A program made the position numbers and the translations under genes. A stretch of DNA of 64,000 nt from Alphaproteobacteria bacterium (lineage in GTDB: Bacteria; Pseudomonadota; Alphaproteobacteria; JAJTHO01; CANGYM01), in contig JBILMD010000001.1 of NCBI GenBank assembly GCA_044375675.1, positions 30,377 through 94,376 on the forward strand, in the 5' to 3' direction. The number at the start of each line of letters is the position of its first letter. The stretch's first letter is position 1. The notes under the pieces were generated by a model. That model was not told the origin of the DNA and made no database searches. It saw only the letters and a program-made list of their open reading frames with translations. Positions 19,229 to 27,536 of the stretch are shown piece by piece.

Positions 19229-19516
19229 TTAGGAATCCGCCTCAAAACGATAGAGATTTTCACGGCTAACGGCATCATCGTCCAACGGTGGCACGGTTGG
19301 CAGATTTGTTGATGTCAGTTTTTCCAGCATATCCCGTTTATGCTGCGTTGTGGACAGGGCGGATTCATCCAGCCGTTTCAGGCGGTAATACTCTTCTGTT
19401 GATAACAAAACGGTGCGCTCTCGACCGTTGCGGGTGATAAAAACAGGCTCCAGCAGCGCTTTATCCTGATAATATCCCAATTGTTTTTGCAATTCAGAGG
19501 CAGGCACGTGCAGCAT
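19229..19516 (-). CDS. Phd/YefM-type antitoxin
   Basis: 95 aa. N-terminus ELQKQLGYYQDKALLEPVFITRNGRERTVLLSTEEYYRL is typical of Phd/YefM. Confidence 0.75.
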   Translation of the reverse strand: MLHVPASELQKQLGYYQDKALLEPVFITRNGRERTVLLSTEEYYRLKRLDESALSTTQHKRDMLEKLTSTNLPTVPPLDDDAVSRENLYRFEADS

Positions 19517-19640
19517 GATTTTTCCCCTATTTTAAGTAACATTCATACTATACGAAAACCATGTGAAAATCCAGGGATTTTCTTGATAATCCGTTTGCCC
19601 ATTAAAATTTTTCTTGATTTAAGAACCCATTGCATATATT

Positions 19641-19661
19641 ATGACCATAATTCATGACCAT
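19641..19661 (+). promoter_or_regulatory. Candidate antitoxin operator (direct repeat ATGACCAT-N5-ATGACCAT, ending in the palindrome ACCATGGT)
   Basis: Read directly from the sequence, 10-30 nt upstream of the second Phd-type antitoxin start. TA promoters are usually autoregulated through such repeats. Confidence 0.35.
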
Positions 19662-19672
19662 GGTTTTTATTG

Positions 19673-19909
19673 ATGGACACCTCTTTTTCTGTACCTGCAG
19701 GATATTTCAAAACTCACTGCTTGCATCTGATGGATCAGGTGGCCCAGACACACAAGCCTCTGACCCTGACCAAACGGGGAAAACCTGTGGCCATGTTGGT
19801 TCCGCTTCCTGAAACAGATGGGGTGCTTTATGGGGCTTTGCGGGGAAAGATTCTTTCGGCTGATGATGTGATTCGGCCTGTGGGCGAGCCTTGGGCGGCA
19901 GATGTCTAA
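19673..19909 (+). CDS. Phd/YefM-type antitoxin
   Basis: FKTHCLHLMDQVAQTHKPLTLTKRGKPVAMLVPL. Overlaps the downstream PIN gene by 8 nt. Confidence 0.75.
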   Translation: MDTSFSVPAGYFKTHCLHLMDQVAQTHKPLTLTKRGKPVAMLVPLPETDGVLYGALRGKILSADDVIRPVGEPWAADV

Positions 19910-20321
19910 ATCGGGTTTTGTTTTGGATACGCACAGTTGGATTTGGCTTTGTGAAGGCTCCCCCCATTTGCCCAACGCGTGGGTGGATGCCTTGCAAAAG
20001 GCCGTACATCAGGGATATCCCCTGTGGATCCCCGCCATTGCCATTTGGGAATTGGGGATGCTGGTGACCAAAGGACGCCTGAGCATGAGCTGTTCTGTGC
20101 AGGCTTGGGTTCGGCAGGCTCTGGCTTTGCCTGGCGTTCAACTGGCACCTCTATCCCCAGACATCGCGCTGGAAAGCGCAGCCTTGCCTAGCGTTTTTCA
20201 TGGGGATCCTGCCGATCGCATCATTGTGGCCACCGCCAGAATCTTTGATGCGCGTTTGGTCACGCGGGATGAAAAAATCCTAACCTATGCGTCGGAGGGA
20301 TGGGTCAACGTGTTGCTTTAG
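19902..20321 (+). CDS. vapC: PIN-domain toxin (VapC family)
   Basis: 139 aa. FVLDTHSWIWL at the N terminus and DPADRIIVATA...LVTRDEKI at the C terminus. Confidence 0.8.
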   Translation: MSKSGFVLDTHSWIWLCEGSPHLPNAWVDALQKAVHQGYPLWIPAIAIWELGMLVTKGRLSMSCSVQAWVRQALALPGVQLAPLSPDIALESAALPSVFHGDPADRIIVATARIFDARLVTRDEKILTYASEGWVNVLL

Positions 20322-20461
20322 GGGGGGGTCCCATGGCTGCCCTTGGTCGTCATGAAACTCCTTAAACACCCCCGAACGCACCCATTTTTTTTGTAGCGTC
20401 TTTGGGAAGGGCTGTGCTAAAAAAAAGATAATGCATTTTCACTGACAAAGGCCTGTATCCT

Positions 20462-21070
20462 ATGGTGTCCCGCTTTGTAAAAACGGTTTCTTTTTTATCC
20501 ATCTTGTTGATCCTGTCGGCCTGTGCCCGCAATTTGGATCCCAACGTGTATTCCGAACGGGATGCAGGGGCCGTGTCCGATACATTTCAGGGGGTTGTTC
20601 TGAGTTCCCGTCCCGTCATTGTCGGCGGTGCCGATGAAACTTTGGGCAACACAACAGGTCTGGTTGTGGGGGGGATTGCCGGTGGTTTGGCCGGTAACCA
20701 GTTTGGAAAAGGGTCCGGAAACGTTGCCGCCACCGTGGGCGGGGCCTTGGTTGTGGCTGCCTTGGGTGCGGCCATTGAGGGTGAAGTTTCCAAACAGCCC
20801 GGCATCGAATACATCATCAAAATCTGGGATAACAACAGCGCCTACACCACCGATGAAACCGTGGAAGATTACAAAGGCCGCACCACAAAACGCAAAAAAG
20901 ACGTACGCCGCGATAACGAGCGCGTTTTAACCATCGTCCAAGGCCCCCAGTCCAAAATGGAGGTCGGCCAGCGTGTGTTCGTGATTGTTCAAACCAACGG
21001 CCGTTCCCGCGTGGTTCTGGACAACAGCGGCACCGGTGTGGTAAACGCCAAGACAACGAGCACAAAGTAA
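20462..21070 (+). CDS. Outer-membrane lipoprotein with glycine-zipper domain (SlyB/17-kDa surface antigen-like)
   Basis: Lipobox LILSAC. Glycine zipper GLVVGGIAGGLAGNQFGKGSGNVAATVGGALVVAALGAAIEG. Confidence 0.75.
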   Translation: MVSRFVKTVSFLSILLILSACARNLDPNVYSERDAGAVSDTFQGVVLSSRPVIVGGADETLGNTTGLVVGGIAGGLAGNQFGKGSGNVAATVGGALVVAALGAAIEGEVSKQPGIEYIIKIWDNNSAYTTDETVEDYKGRTTKRKKDVRRDNERVLTIVQGPQSKMEVGQRVFVIVQTNGRSRVVLDNSGTGVVNAKTTSTK

Positions 21071-21077
21071 CCCCTGC

Positions 21078-22415
21078 ATGATCAAAACGCGCTTTGCCCC
21101 CAGCCCCACCGGTCGTTTGCACGTGGGCAACATCCGGATTGCGCTGATTAACTGGTTGTTTGCCAAAAAACATGGCGGCCATTTTTTGCTGCGTTTTGAT
21201 GATACGGATATAGACCGCTCTGAAAAGGTTTTTGAGGATGGCATTGTTCAGGATCTTTTGTGGCTGGGCTTAACCTTTGATGACACAGCCTATCAATCCC
21301 GCCGCTTTGACCGTTACGAAGCCATCCGCCAGCACCTGATCACATCGGGCCGTCTGTATCCCTGTTATGAAACGGGGGAAGAATTGGCCATTAAACGCAA
21401 AATCCTCCTCAGCCAAGGCAAGCCCCCCCTGTATGATCGGGCCGCCCTGTCCCTGACGCCCGATCAAAAATCGGCGTTTGAGGCCGAGGGTCGTCAGCCC
21501 CACTGGCGCTTTTTGCTGAATCACGCCCCCATCACGTGGCAAGACAAAGGCCGCGGCGCTGTGCATTTTGAGGGGCAGCATTTGTCCGATCCCGTGTTGT
21601 TTCGGGCCAACGGTGTTCCGGTGTATTCTTTGGCCTCGGTTGTGGATGATATTGATTTTGGCATCAGTCATGTGATTCGCGGGGAAGATCACGTGGTCAA
21701 TACCGCATCCCAAATTCAACTGTGCGAGGCCATAGGTCACCCCCATCCCACCTATTGGCACATTCCCCTGTTGGTGGATGCCAAGGGGGGCGAGCTTTCC
21801 AAGCGTTTGGGCAGCCTGAGCATTGCCAGCCTGCGGGACGAAGGGTTCGAATCCATCGCCATCACGGCCCTTTTGTCCCGCCTTGGCTCCTCTTTGCCCA
21901 TCGTGCCCATGGACACCTTAAACGCTGTTCTGGGGGCGTTCGATGATACGGCCTATAGCCGCGCCACACCCCGTTTTGACAGTGACGAGCTGCGCCACCT
22001 CAACGCCCGCATTTTGCACAAAACACCCTTTGACGCCGTGAAAGACCGCTTGATGGCCTTGGTGGGGCCGGATGTTGACGAGGCCTTTTGGTTGGCGGTG
22101 CGGCCCAATTTGGTTTTTTTATCCGATGCCGTGGGCTGGTGGACCATGGCGCGGGGGGCGGTGACCCCCTTGATTGCCGAAGATGATCGGGATTTCCTGA
22201 ACACCGCAGCGGCAACCCTTCCCCCCCAGCCGTGGGATCAAAACACATGGGGGACATGGACAAAGGGATTATCGGACACAACGGGCCGCAAAGGCAAATC
22301 CCTGTTTCTGCCCCTGCGCCGCGCCTTAACCGGCCAAGAATCTGGCCCTGATATGCCCGCCCTGCTGCCCCTGATGACCCTTCATCAGGTGCGGGATCGG
22401 TTGGTGGGGGGCTAG
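21078..22415 (+). CDS. gltX: Glutamate--tRNA ligase
   Basis: HIGH region RFAPSPTGRLHVGNIR. KMSKS-like ELSKRLGS. Confidence 0.9.
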   Translation: MIKTRFAPSPTGRLHVGNIRIALINWLFAKKHGGHFLLRFDDTDIDRSEKVFEDGIVQDLLWLGLTFDDTAYQSRRFDRYEAIRQHLITSGRLYPCYETGEELAIKRKILLSQGKPPLYDRAALSLTPDQKSAFEAEGRQPHWRFLLNHAPITWQDKGRGAVHFEGQHLSDPVLFRANGVPVYSLASVVDDIDFGISHVIRGEDHVVNTASQIQLCEAIGHPHPTYWHIPLLVDAKGGELSKRLGSLSIASLRDEGFESIAITALLSRLGSSLPIVPMDTLNAVLGAFDDTAYSRATPRFDSDELRHLNARILHKTPFDAVKDRLMALVGPDVDEAFWLAVRPNLVFLSDAVGWWTMARGAVTPLIAEDDRDFLNTAAATLPPQPWDQNTWGTWTKGLSDTTGRKGKSLFLPLRRALTGQESGPDMPALLPLMTLHQVRDRLVGG

Positions 22416-22472
22416 GGGTCTGTGTTTGTGCGATGCACAATACGGTTGAACAATCGGTATTTTTTGTAAGGG

Positions 22473-22802
22473 ATGCCCATGATCAAACGTCCTGTTTATC
22501 CCATTCATCCAGGGGAAATTTTGGGTGACGAGCTGGAGGTTTTAAAGATGAGCCCAGCGGAGGCCTCCCGCGCTTTGGGGGTGCCGCCCAATCGGTTATA
22601 TCAGATTTTATCGGGAAAACGGGCCATCACGGCGGATACCGCCCTGCGGTTGCAGCAGTGGTTGGGGGTAGAGGCGGCCTTTTGGCTGAACCTGCAAAAA
22701 CGTTACGAACTGGATCAGGCCGAAGAATCCTGCGGCGATGCCATCCGCGCCACCGTCCGCCCCAGAGATCCCGCCCTGCACGCCCAAGGGGTTTCGGTTT
22801 AG
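22473..22802 (+). CDS. higA: HigA-family antitoxin/XRE HTH protein (no adjacent toxin)
   Basis: HPGEILGDELEVLKMSPAEASRALGVPPNRLYQILSGKRAITADTALRLQQWLGVEAAFWLNLQKRYEL is the canonical HigA/VapI motif. Only 57 nt separate it from gltX, so there is no room for higB. Confidence 0.8.
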   Translation: MPMIKRPVYPIHPGEILGDELEVLKMSPAEASRALGVPPNRLYQILSGKRAITADTALRLQQWLGVEAAFWLNLQKRYELDQAEESCGDAIRATVRPRDPALHAQGVSV

Positions 22803-22824
22803 GGCTGCCCTTCCTTTACCCCCA

Positions 22825-23124
22825 TCACCCCCGTAAAAACCCCAGATCATAAACTTGGGGGATGAGTTTTTCGGTGAGGGATCGATAGGCGGCCTCAAAA
22901 AGAGAAAAATCCACGGGCGGGGCGGTGTCGGCTTTGCCCCGTTCCTTTAGCGCATTTCGGATTTGATACCATCCTGCGTCGGGGCGATTCAGTTTATAGG
23001 TTTCGCGCACGCCGTGGGGTGGTATTTCCGTAAAATAGGCCCGCCACAGGTCCCGTCCTGCATCCAAAACAGCCATGGCCTCATTCAGGGCATATTGCCA
23101 TAAAGGTGTTTGGTTTGGGTGCAT
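22825..23124 (-). CDS. Hypothetical protein (99 aa), possibly a fragment
   Basis: ORF with normal composition but no motif I can assign. Sits at the edge of the low-GC islet. Confidence 0.35.
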   Translation of the reverse strand: MHPNQTPLWQYALNEAMAVLDAGRDLWRAYFTEIPPHGVRETYKLNRPDAGWYQIRNALKERGKADTAPPVDFSLFEAAYRSLTEKLIPQVYDLGFLRG

Positions 23125-23175
23125 GGGGTAAATGAGGGTTTGGGGATGGGGGGATGGGGGTTAGATTTTGATGGT

Positions 23176-23607
23176 TTACATTTTGCAATCATCGCCTTGG
23201 TATTGATATTTTTCAATATAACCCAAATTGTTGGTCGTTATTAAAATGTTGCAATAGTTATAATAATTATAATACGTCGTTTGATTGCCATAGGTTGTTG
23301 ACATACCAGAATAAGTTGAAGAATAATCTGACGCTATCCCCCATCCTTGAGTCTTCATATTTCCAGTGTGATACGTTTCTTGAGTTGTTGGTAGCGTTAT
23401 AGGAATTGAACCAGATTGCCAAAATTTATACTCCAAGACCTGACCACCAGAGGATAGTGGATAAGACGATGCGGGCGGCCCCCAAGAACTTACCAAATTA
23501 TCAACATGTTGTCCCTGCCATGTGGTGAGCATGTTCCTAAAATTGGCCTCGGATGCACAACCAGAAAGTAGCAGCAACGAAACAACTAAAAATTTCTTGA
23601 GGGGCAT
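23176..23607 (-). CDS. Lipoprotein, Tyr/Thr/Asn-rich
   Basis: Signal peptide plus lipobox MPLKKFLVVSLLLLSGC. Visibly AT-rich DNA. Directly abuts the upstream lipoprotein pseudogene. Confidence 0.65.
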   Translation of the reverse strand: MPLKKFLVVSLLLLSGCASEANFRNMLTTWQGQHVDNLVSSWGPPASSYPLSSGGQVLEYKFWQSGSIPITLPTTQETYHTGNMKTQGWGIASDYSSTYSGMSTTYGNQTTYYNYYNYCNILITTNNLGYIEKYQYQGDDCKM

Positions 23608-24043
23608 TCAAGAAGATACTTTCAGGGTTTTTATATCTTTGACCACATCATTTTTATCATAGGTGATTGTCGCAGTGTATGTATCCCCTGCCGATGCTTC
23701 GATGGGTGTTCCTGCAATTTCCCAAAGACCAAATGTCACCAACGTTAAAGCAGCGTTCCCAACAGCGCGACCAGGGCTTGGTTCATTTCCAATTTCATAT
23801 TGATAAACATCGATTCTATCTCCATTCGCTAGTGTTGTTGTTTTGATGGGGGCACCCAAGTGAACTTCTATTTCTGACCGTTTTTTGTTCGTGTTCTGAC
23901 CGTTTTTTGTTCGTGGACACCGCCCCTAAATCTGGAGGATTCGACCCCCTAGCTGCCATAACAGCAGAGCAAGACGAAAGAAACACTGATAACACTGCCA
24001 CGCAAACTACTTTACGTAGCTCGTTTCCCTTTATGATTGCCAT
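23608..24043 (-). pseudogene. Lipoprotein gene disrupted by a 22-bp tandem duplication
   Basis: Two ORFs (24043-23816 and 23859-23608) lie in different frames. Removing one copy of the 22-bp repeat fuses them into a 137-aa lipoprotein: MAIIKGNELRKVVCVAVLSVFLSSC...STNKKRSEIEVHLGAPIKTTTLANGDRIDVYQYE... Confidence 0.8.
23872..23915 (-). repeat. Perfect 22-bp tandem duplication (ttctgaccgttttttgttcgtg x2)
   Basis: Copies at 23872-23893 and 23894-23915 are identical, read directly from the sequence. Confidence 0.95.
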
Positions 24044-24128
24044 TGAATAACCCTTTTGGTCACGACTTGTGATGATTTGTGGACTATAGCCTACGGACTT
24101 TCGGTTGGCAATAGCCAACAATGGGCAG

Positions 24129-24338
24129 ATGACACCATTAACCCTTATCGGCCAACGCATTGCCCAAAAACGGAAAGACAAAGGGCTTAGTCAAGAAGAC
24201 CTTGCGGGGTTGTGTGACATGGACCGCAGCTATCTTTCCGAAATTGAAAATGGCCATAAAAACTTTTCGGTTATGGTTTTGATGACCATCGCACAGGCTT
24301 TGGGAATACGGTCAGGGGATTTGCTGGATAAGGAATGA
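24129..24338 (+). CDS. XRE-family HTH transcriptional regulator
   Basis: LIGQRIAQKRKDKGLSQEDLAGLCDMDRSYLSEIENGHKNFSVMVLMTIAQALG is a classic Cro/C1-type HTH. Divergent from the lipoprotein pair, with an intergenic gap of about 85 bp. Confidence 0.8.
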   Translation: MTPLTLIGQRIAQKRKDKGLSQEDLAGLCDMDRSYLSEIENGHKNFSVMVLMTIAQALGIRSGDLLDKE

Positions 24339-24372
24339 GAGGGGAAGGGCCCCCAAGGTCCTTTTGGTGGCC

Positions 24373-24654
24373 TTACCCCGTAGTGACAGACACCGTGACC
24401 ATGACCAAAAAGGGCAACGATGTGCTCCTCTGTTGTGAGCGTTTTTTTTCTTTGCGATAGTCATGCACATAATGCAGCAGCTGGGTGAACATTTCATAGC
24501 TAGAGGTGGGCTTGAGCTTAGCCTCGAACCAAATTTCATCCGTCAAAATATCCACCAGACCCTTGCGGTATTTTTTTAGGCCTAGAGCTTTGATATAAAT
24601 ATCTTTGACGTCCTCTTCGGTTGTAACGGTTTTTAGATTCTGATACAAATTCAT
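24373..24654 (-). CDS. Hypothetical protein with possible PD-(D/E)xK motif, probably truncated
   Basis: MNLYQNLKTVTTEEDVKDIYIKALGL...VDILTDEIWFEAK has a D-x(n)-E-x-K arrangement. The sequence becomes implausible after an A8 run (T8 on the plus strand, 24442-24449). Confidence 0.3.
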   Translation of the reverse strand: MNLYQNLKTVTTEEDVKDIYIKALGLKKYRKGLVDILTDEIWFEAKLKPTSSYEMFTQLLHYVHDYRKEKKRSQQRSTSLPFLVMVTVSVTTG

Positions 24655-24816
24655 GCAGGGCAACCTTCCTTAAAAAAACCCCTGTATTATGGCCGCGAAG
24701 GCAGGGAGGTGTAAAGGGTGGATAGTGCTGTTGTTTCTCCCCCCCTTGACCATAACGCCGGAATCCGTCATGGTAAGTCGTTTTTAAAACAACCCTTTTT
24801 TCCATCCGATGATGTT

Positions 24817-25701
24817 ATGAAATCACGTGTCAGAAAGGCCATTTTTCCTGTGGGGGGTCTGGGGACTCGGTTTTTGCCGGCCACTAAGGCCATGCCCAAG
24901 GAAATGTTGCCCATTGTGGATAAGCCGCTGATTCAGTATGCGGTTGAGGAAGCTTGGGATGCAGGCATCGAACAATGCATTTTTATCACAGGTCGCGGCA
25001 AGGCCGCCATCGAAGATCACTTTGATTACAGTTATGAACTGCAGCACACCTTAACCGCCCGTCATAAAGTTGAACAGCTCGCCAGTTGCCAGCAATCCAT
25101 CCCCCATGCGGGCAGTTTTGCCTTTGTGCGTCAACAGGATCCTTTGGGATTGGGCCACGCCGTTTGGTGTGCGCGGCATTTGATTGGCGATGAACCCTTT
25201 GCGGTGATTTTGGCCGATGATGTGGTGATGAACCAAGGCGGGGCATCCTGCATGAAGCAGATGGTGTCGGCCTACGAAAGCTACGCGGGGTCTCTGGTGG
25301 CCAGCGTTCTGGTGGATCAAAACGCAACCTCCAGCTATGGGATTTTGGATGTGGAATCTGAGGGGGATGTGCTCAAGGCCCGCCATGTTGTGGAAAAACC
25401 GAAGCCTGAAGACGCCCCGTCCCGCTGGGCTGTGATCGGGCGGTATATCTTAGAGCCCGCCATTTTTGATCCCCTGGACCGCGCCGTGCGTCATGCCCAA
25501 ACAACGCAGGGGGAAATTCAGCTGACAGATGCCATCGCGGCCTTGTTGCCCGAAACCCCCCTTTACGGGATAAAATTTGATGGGACCAGGTACGATTGCG
25601 GCAGCAAAGTTGGATTTTTACAGGCCAACATCGCCTTTGCCCTAGAACGGCCAGAATTGGCAGAACCGCTAAAATCATTTTTAAAGACTTTGGATCTCTA
25701 A
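24817..25701 (+). CDS. galU: UTP--glucose-1-phosphate uridylyltransferase
   Basis: Start trimmed to MKSRVRKAIFPVGGLGTRFLPATKAMPKEMLPIVDKPLIQY. Confidence 0.9.
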   Translation: MKSRVRKAIFPVGGLGTRFLPATKAMPKEMLPIVDKPLIQYAVEEAWDAGIEQCIFITGRGKAAIEDHFDYSYELQHTLTARHKVEQLASCQQSIPHAGSFAFVRQQDPLGLGHAVWCARHLIGDEPFAVILADDVVMNQGGASCMKQMVSAYESYAGSLVASVLVDQNATSSYGILDVESEGDVLKARHVVEKPKPEDAPSRWAVIGRYILEPAIFDPLDRAVRHAQTTQGEIQLTDAIAALLPETPLYGIKFDGTRYDCGSKVGFLQANIAFALERPELAEPLKSFLKTLDL

Positions 25702-25712
25702 AGGAAACCTTT

Positions 25713-27074
25713 ATGAACATCGTTGTTGTTGGATCGGGTTATGTGGGCCTTGTCACGGGGGTGTGTTTCGCAGAGCTTGGGCTGCGGGTTACCTGTATAG
25801 ACCACGATGCCGGAAAGATTGACCGACTGATGGCGGGGGACATTCCCATTTACGAACCTGGATTGCAAAATCTTGTCCATTTCAATCAAAAAGCAGGGCG
25901 TTTGTCCTTCACCACAGAGGCCGCCGCGTGCATAGGACAGGCCGATGCAGTCTTTATTGCCGTGGGTACCCCCACGCGCAAAGGGGATAATCACGCGGAT
26001 CTGCAGTATATTTTTGCCGCCGCGCGGGATATCGCCCCGCATTTACGGGGCTATACCACGGTTGTCACCAAATCCACGGTTCCTGTGGGAACGGGCCGTC
26101 GCATCGCCTCTGTCATTCGGGACATCAACCCCACGGCGACGTTTGACATGGTATCCAACCCCGAATTTTTACGCGAAGGCACCGCCATTCATGACTTTAT
26201 GCGCCCAGATCGTGTGGTGGTGGGGGCAGAAGCGCCCGAGGCCGTAGAGGTCATGCGCCGTCTTTATGAACCCCTGACCCGTCAGGATGTTCCCCTTGTG
26301 GTCACAACGCTGGAAACGGCGGAAATGGCCAAATATGCCGCCAACGCTTTTTTGGCTATGAAAATTACCTTTATCAATCAAATGGCAGACCTTTGCGAAG
26401 TCAGTCAGGCCAACGTCAATGATGTGGCCAAAATCATGGGGATGGACAAACGCATTGGATCTAAATTTCTGCGTGCCGGACCAGGGTACGGGGGATCCTG
26501 CTTTCCCAAAGATACCCGCGCCTTGGCGGAAACAGCCCGCATTTTGGGGGTGGATTTGGGGTTGGTCAGCCAAACCATGACCTATAACGATACGCGAAAA
26601 CATAAAATGGTGGATCGGATACTGGCGTCTTTTCAGGGCAGTGTTTCGGGAAAAACTTTGGCCATTTTGGGATTAACCTTTAAACCCGGCACCGATGATA
26701 TGCGGGATGCGGCCAGTTTGGTTATTGTTCCGGCGTTAAAAGCCGCCGGCGCCCATCTGAAACTGTATGACCCCAAAGGGATGGAAGAAGCCCAAACCTA
26801 TTTGGGCGATAACGCGGGTCAGTGGTGTGCCAATGCGCTGGATACCCTCAGCGGGGCTGACGGCGCGGTTTTGATCACCGAATGGGACGAATTTCGCGCC
26901 CTGTCCCCCGAAACCATCGCCAAAACGCTGAAATCTCCCGTGGTTGTGGATCTGCGCAATGTTTATGATGTTGAATCCATGGCCAGCGCAGGGGTAGCCT
27001 ATACGTCTTTGGGCCGCCCTGTGGCGTCGGTTTTATCAACCCCTGTGGTGCGTGCCAAGATCGAGGCTTTGTGA
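25713..27074 (+). CDS. ugd: UDP-glucose 6-dehydrogenase
   Basis: Start trimmed to MNIVVVGSGYVGLVTGVCFAELG (Rossmann fold). Catalytic region GGSCFPKD. Confidence 0.9.
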   Translation: MNIVVVGSGYVGLVTGVCFAELGLRVTCIDHDAGKIDRLMAGDIPIYEPGLQNLVHFNQKAGRLSFTTEAAACIGQADAVFIAVGTPTRKGDNHADLQYIFAAARDIAPHLRGYTTVVTKSTVPVGTGRRIASVIRDINPTATFDMVSNPEFLREGTAIHDFMRPDRVVVGAEAPEAVEVMRRLYEPLTRQDVPLVVTTLETAEMAKYAANAFLAMKITFINQMADLCEVSQANVNDVAKIMGMDKRIGSKFLRAGPGYGGSCFPKDTRALAETARILGVDLGLVSQTMTYNDTRKHKMVDRILASFQGSVSGKTLAILGLTFKPGTDDMRDAASLVIVPALKAAGAHLKLYDPKGMEEAQTYLGDNAGQWCANALDTLSGADGAVLITEWDEFRALSPETIAKTLKSPVVVDLRNVYDVESMASAGVAYTSLGRPVASVLSTPVVRAKIEAL

Positions 27075-27376
27075 TGGATAAAAAAACCCTCCTAACGGCC
27101 ATGAAGCAGACTATGGATGACCTGTTTTCCCGCTGTGATGACGTTCTGGGGGAAAAGGCAGACCTCAGCTATGATGGATCGGTTTTAAGCCTTGTGTTTG
27201 ATGCGGGGGGAACGGCCGTCCTTAACCTGCATCAGGCCAGCGGGCAAATTTGGGTATCTTCGCCCGTCAGCGGGGCCCATCATTTTTCCCTTCATGATGA
27301 TGGAACGTGGGCCAGTCCCACAACCACACTGGCGCAGGTGATGGAGAATGATTTTGGGGTCGTCCTGAACGATTAA
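27074..27376 (+). CDS. cyaY: Frataxin homologue CyaY
   Basis: About 100 aa. LNLHQASGQIWVSSPVSGAHHFSLHDDGTW matches the frataxin C-terminal sheet motif. Confidence 0.8.
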   Translation: MDKKTLLTAMKQTMDDLFSRCDDVLGEKADLSYDGSVLSLVFDAGGTAVLNLHQASGQIWVSSPVSGAHHFSLHDDGTWASPTTTLAQVMENDFGVVLND

Positions 27377-27398
27377 CCCCCTTTCCAATCCCCAGTCT

Positions 27399-27527
27399 TA
27401 TAGTATTTTCACTTTATTGTCGTACTGGCCTGCGAACGGCGCTTGGCCTCGCTCACCTAGGTTCACTAGGCATCGCTCCGCCAAGCTTGTTCTCGGCTCA
27501 TTACGACAATAAATTAAAAACACTATA
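27399..27527. repeat. 129-bp imperfect palindromic (MITE/REP-like) element
   Basis: The 26-nt AT-rich arms 27399-27424 and 27502-27527 are inverted repeats (23/26 match). The GC-rich core is itself partly palindromic (gcttggc/gccaagc, cctagg). Confidence 0.7.
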
Positions 27528-27536
27528 AAAAAGACA

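Noticed and set aside
22825-23124. The 99-aa ORF as the C-terminal fragment of a DNA methyltransferase / R-M enzyme.
   Set aside because: This rests only on a vague recollection of similar C-terminal sequences (GWYQIRNAL). No catalytic motif is present, so it is left as hypothetical.
24718-25712. Long N-terminal extensions suggested by the ORF track for galU (24718) and ugd (25596). The same applies to iscS, iscA, exoD, tsaE, ruvA, nrdR, cimA and fliR.
   Set aside because: In each case an internal ATG lies immediately before the conserved family N-terminus, for example MNIVVVGSGYVG and MKCPYC. The extension overlaps the upstream gene or intergenic DNA, so the starts were trimmed.
27399-27527. 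The palindromic element as a tRNA or other known small RNA gene, or as a plain terminator.
   Set aside because: It has no cloverleaf or conserved tRNA boxes. No U-tract follows a compact GC stem, and the arms are AT-rich and 26 nt long. It is reported as a repeat element.
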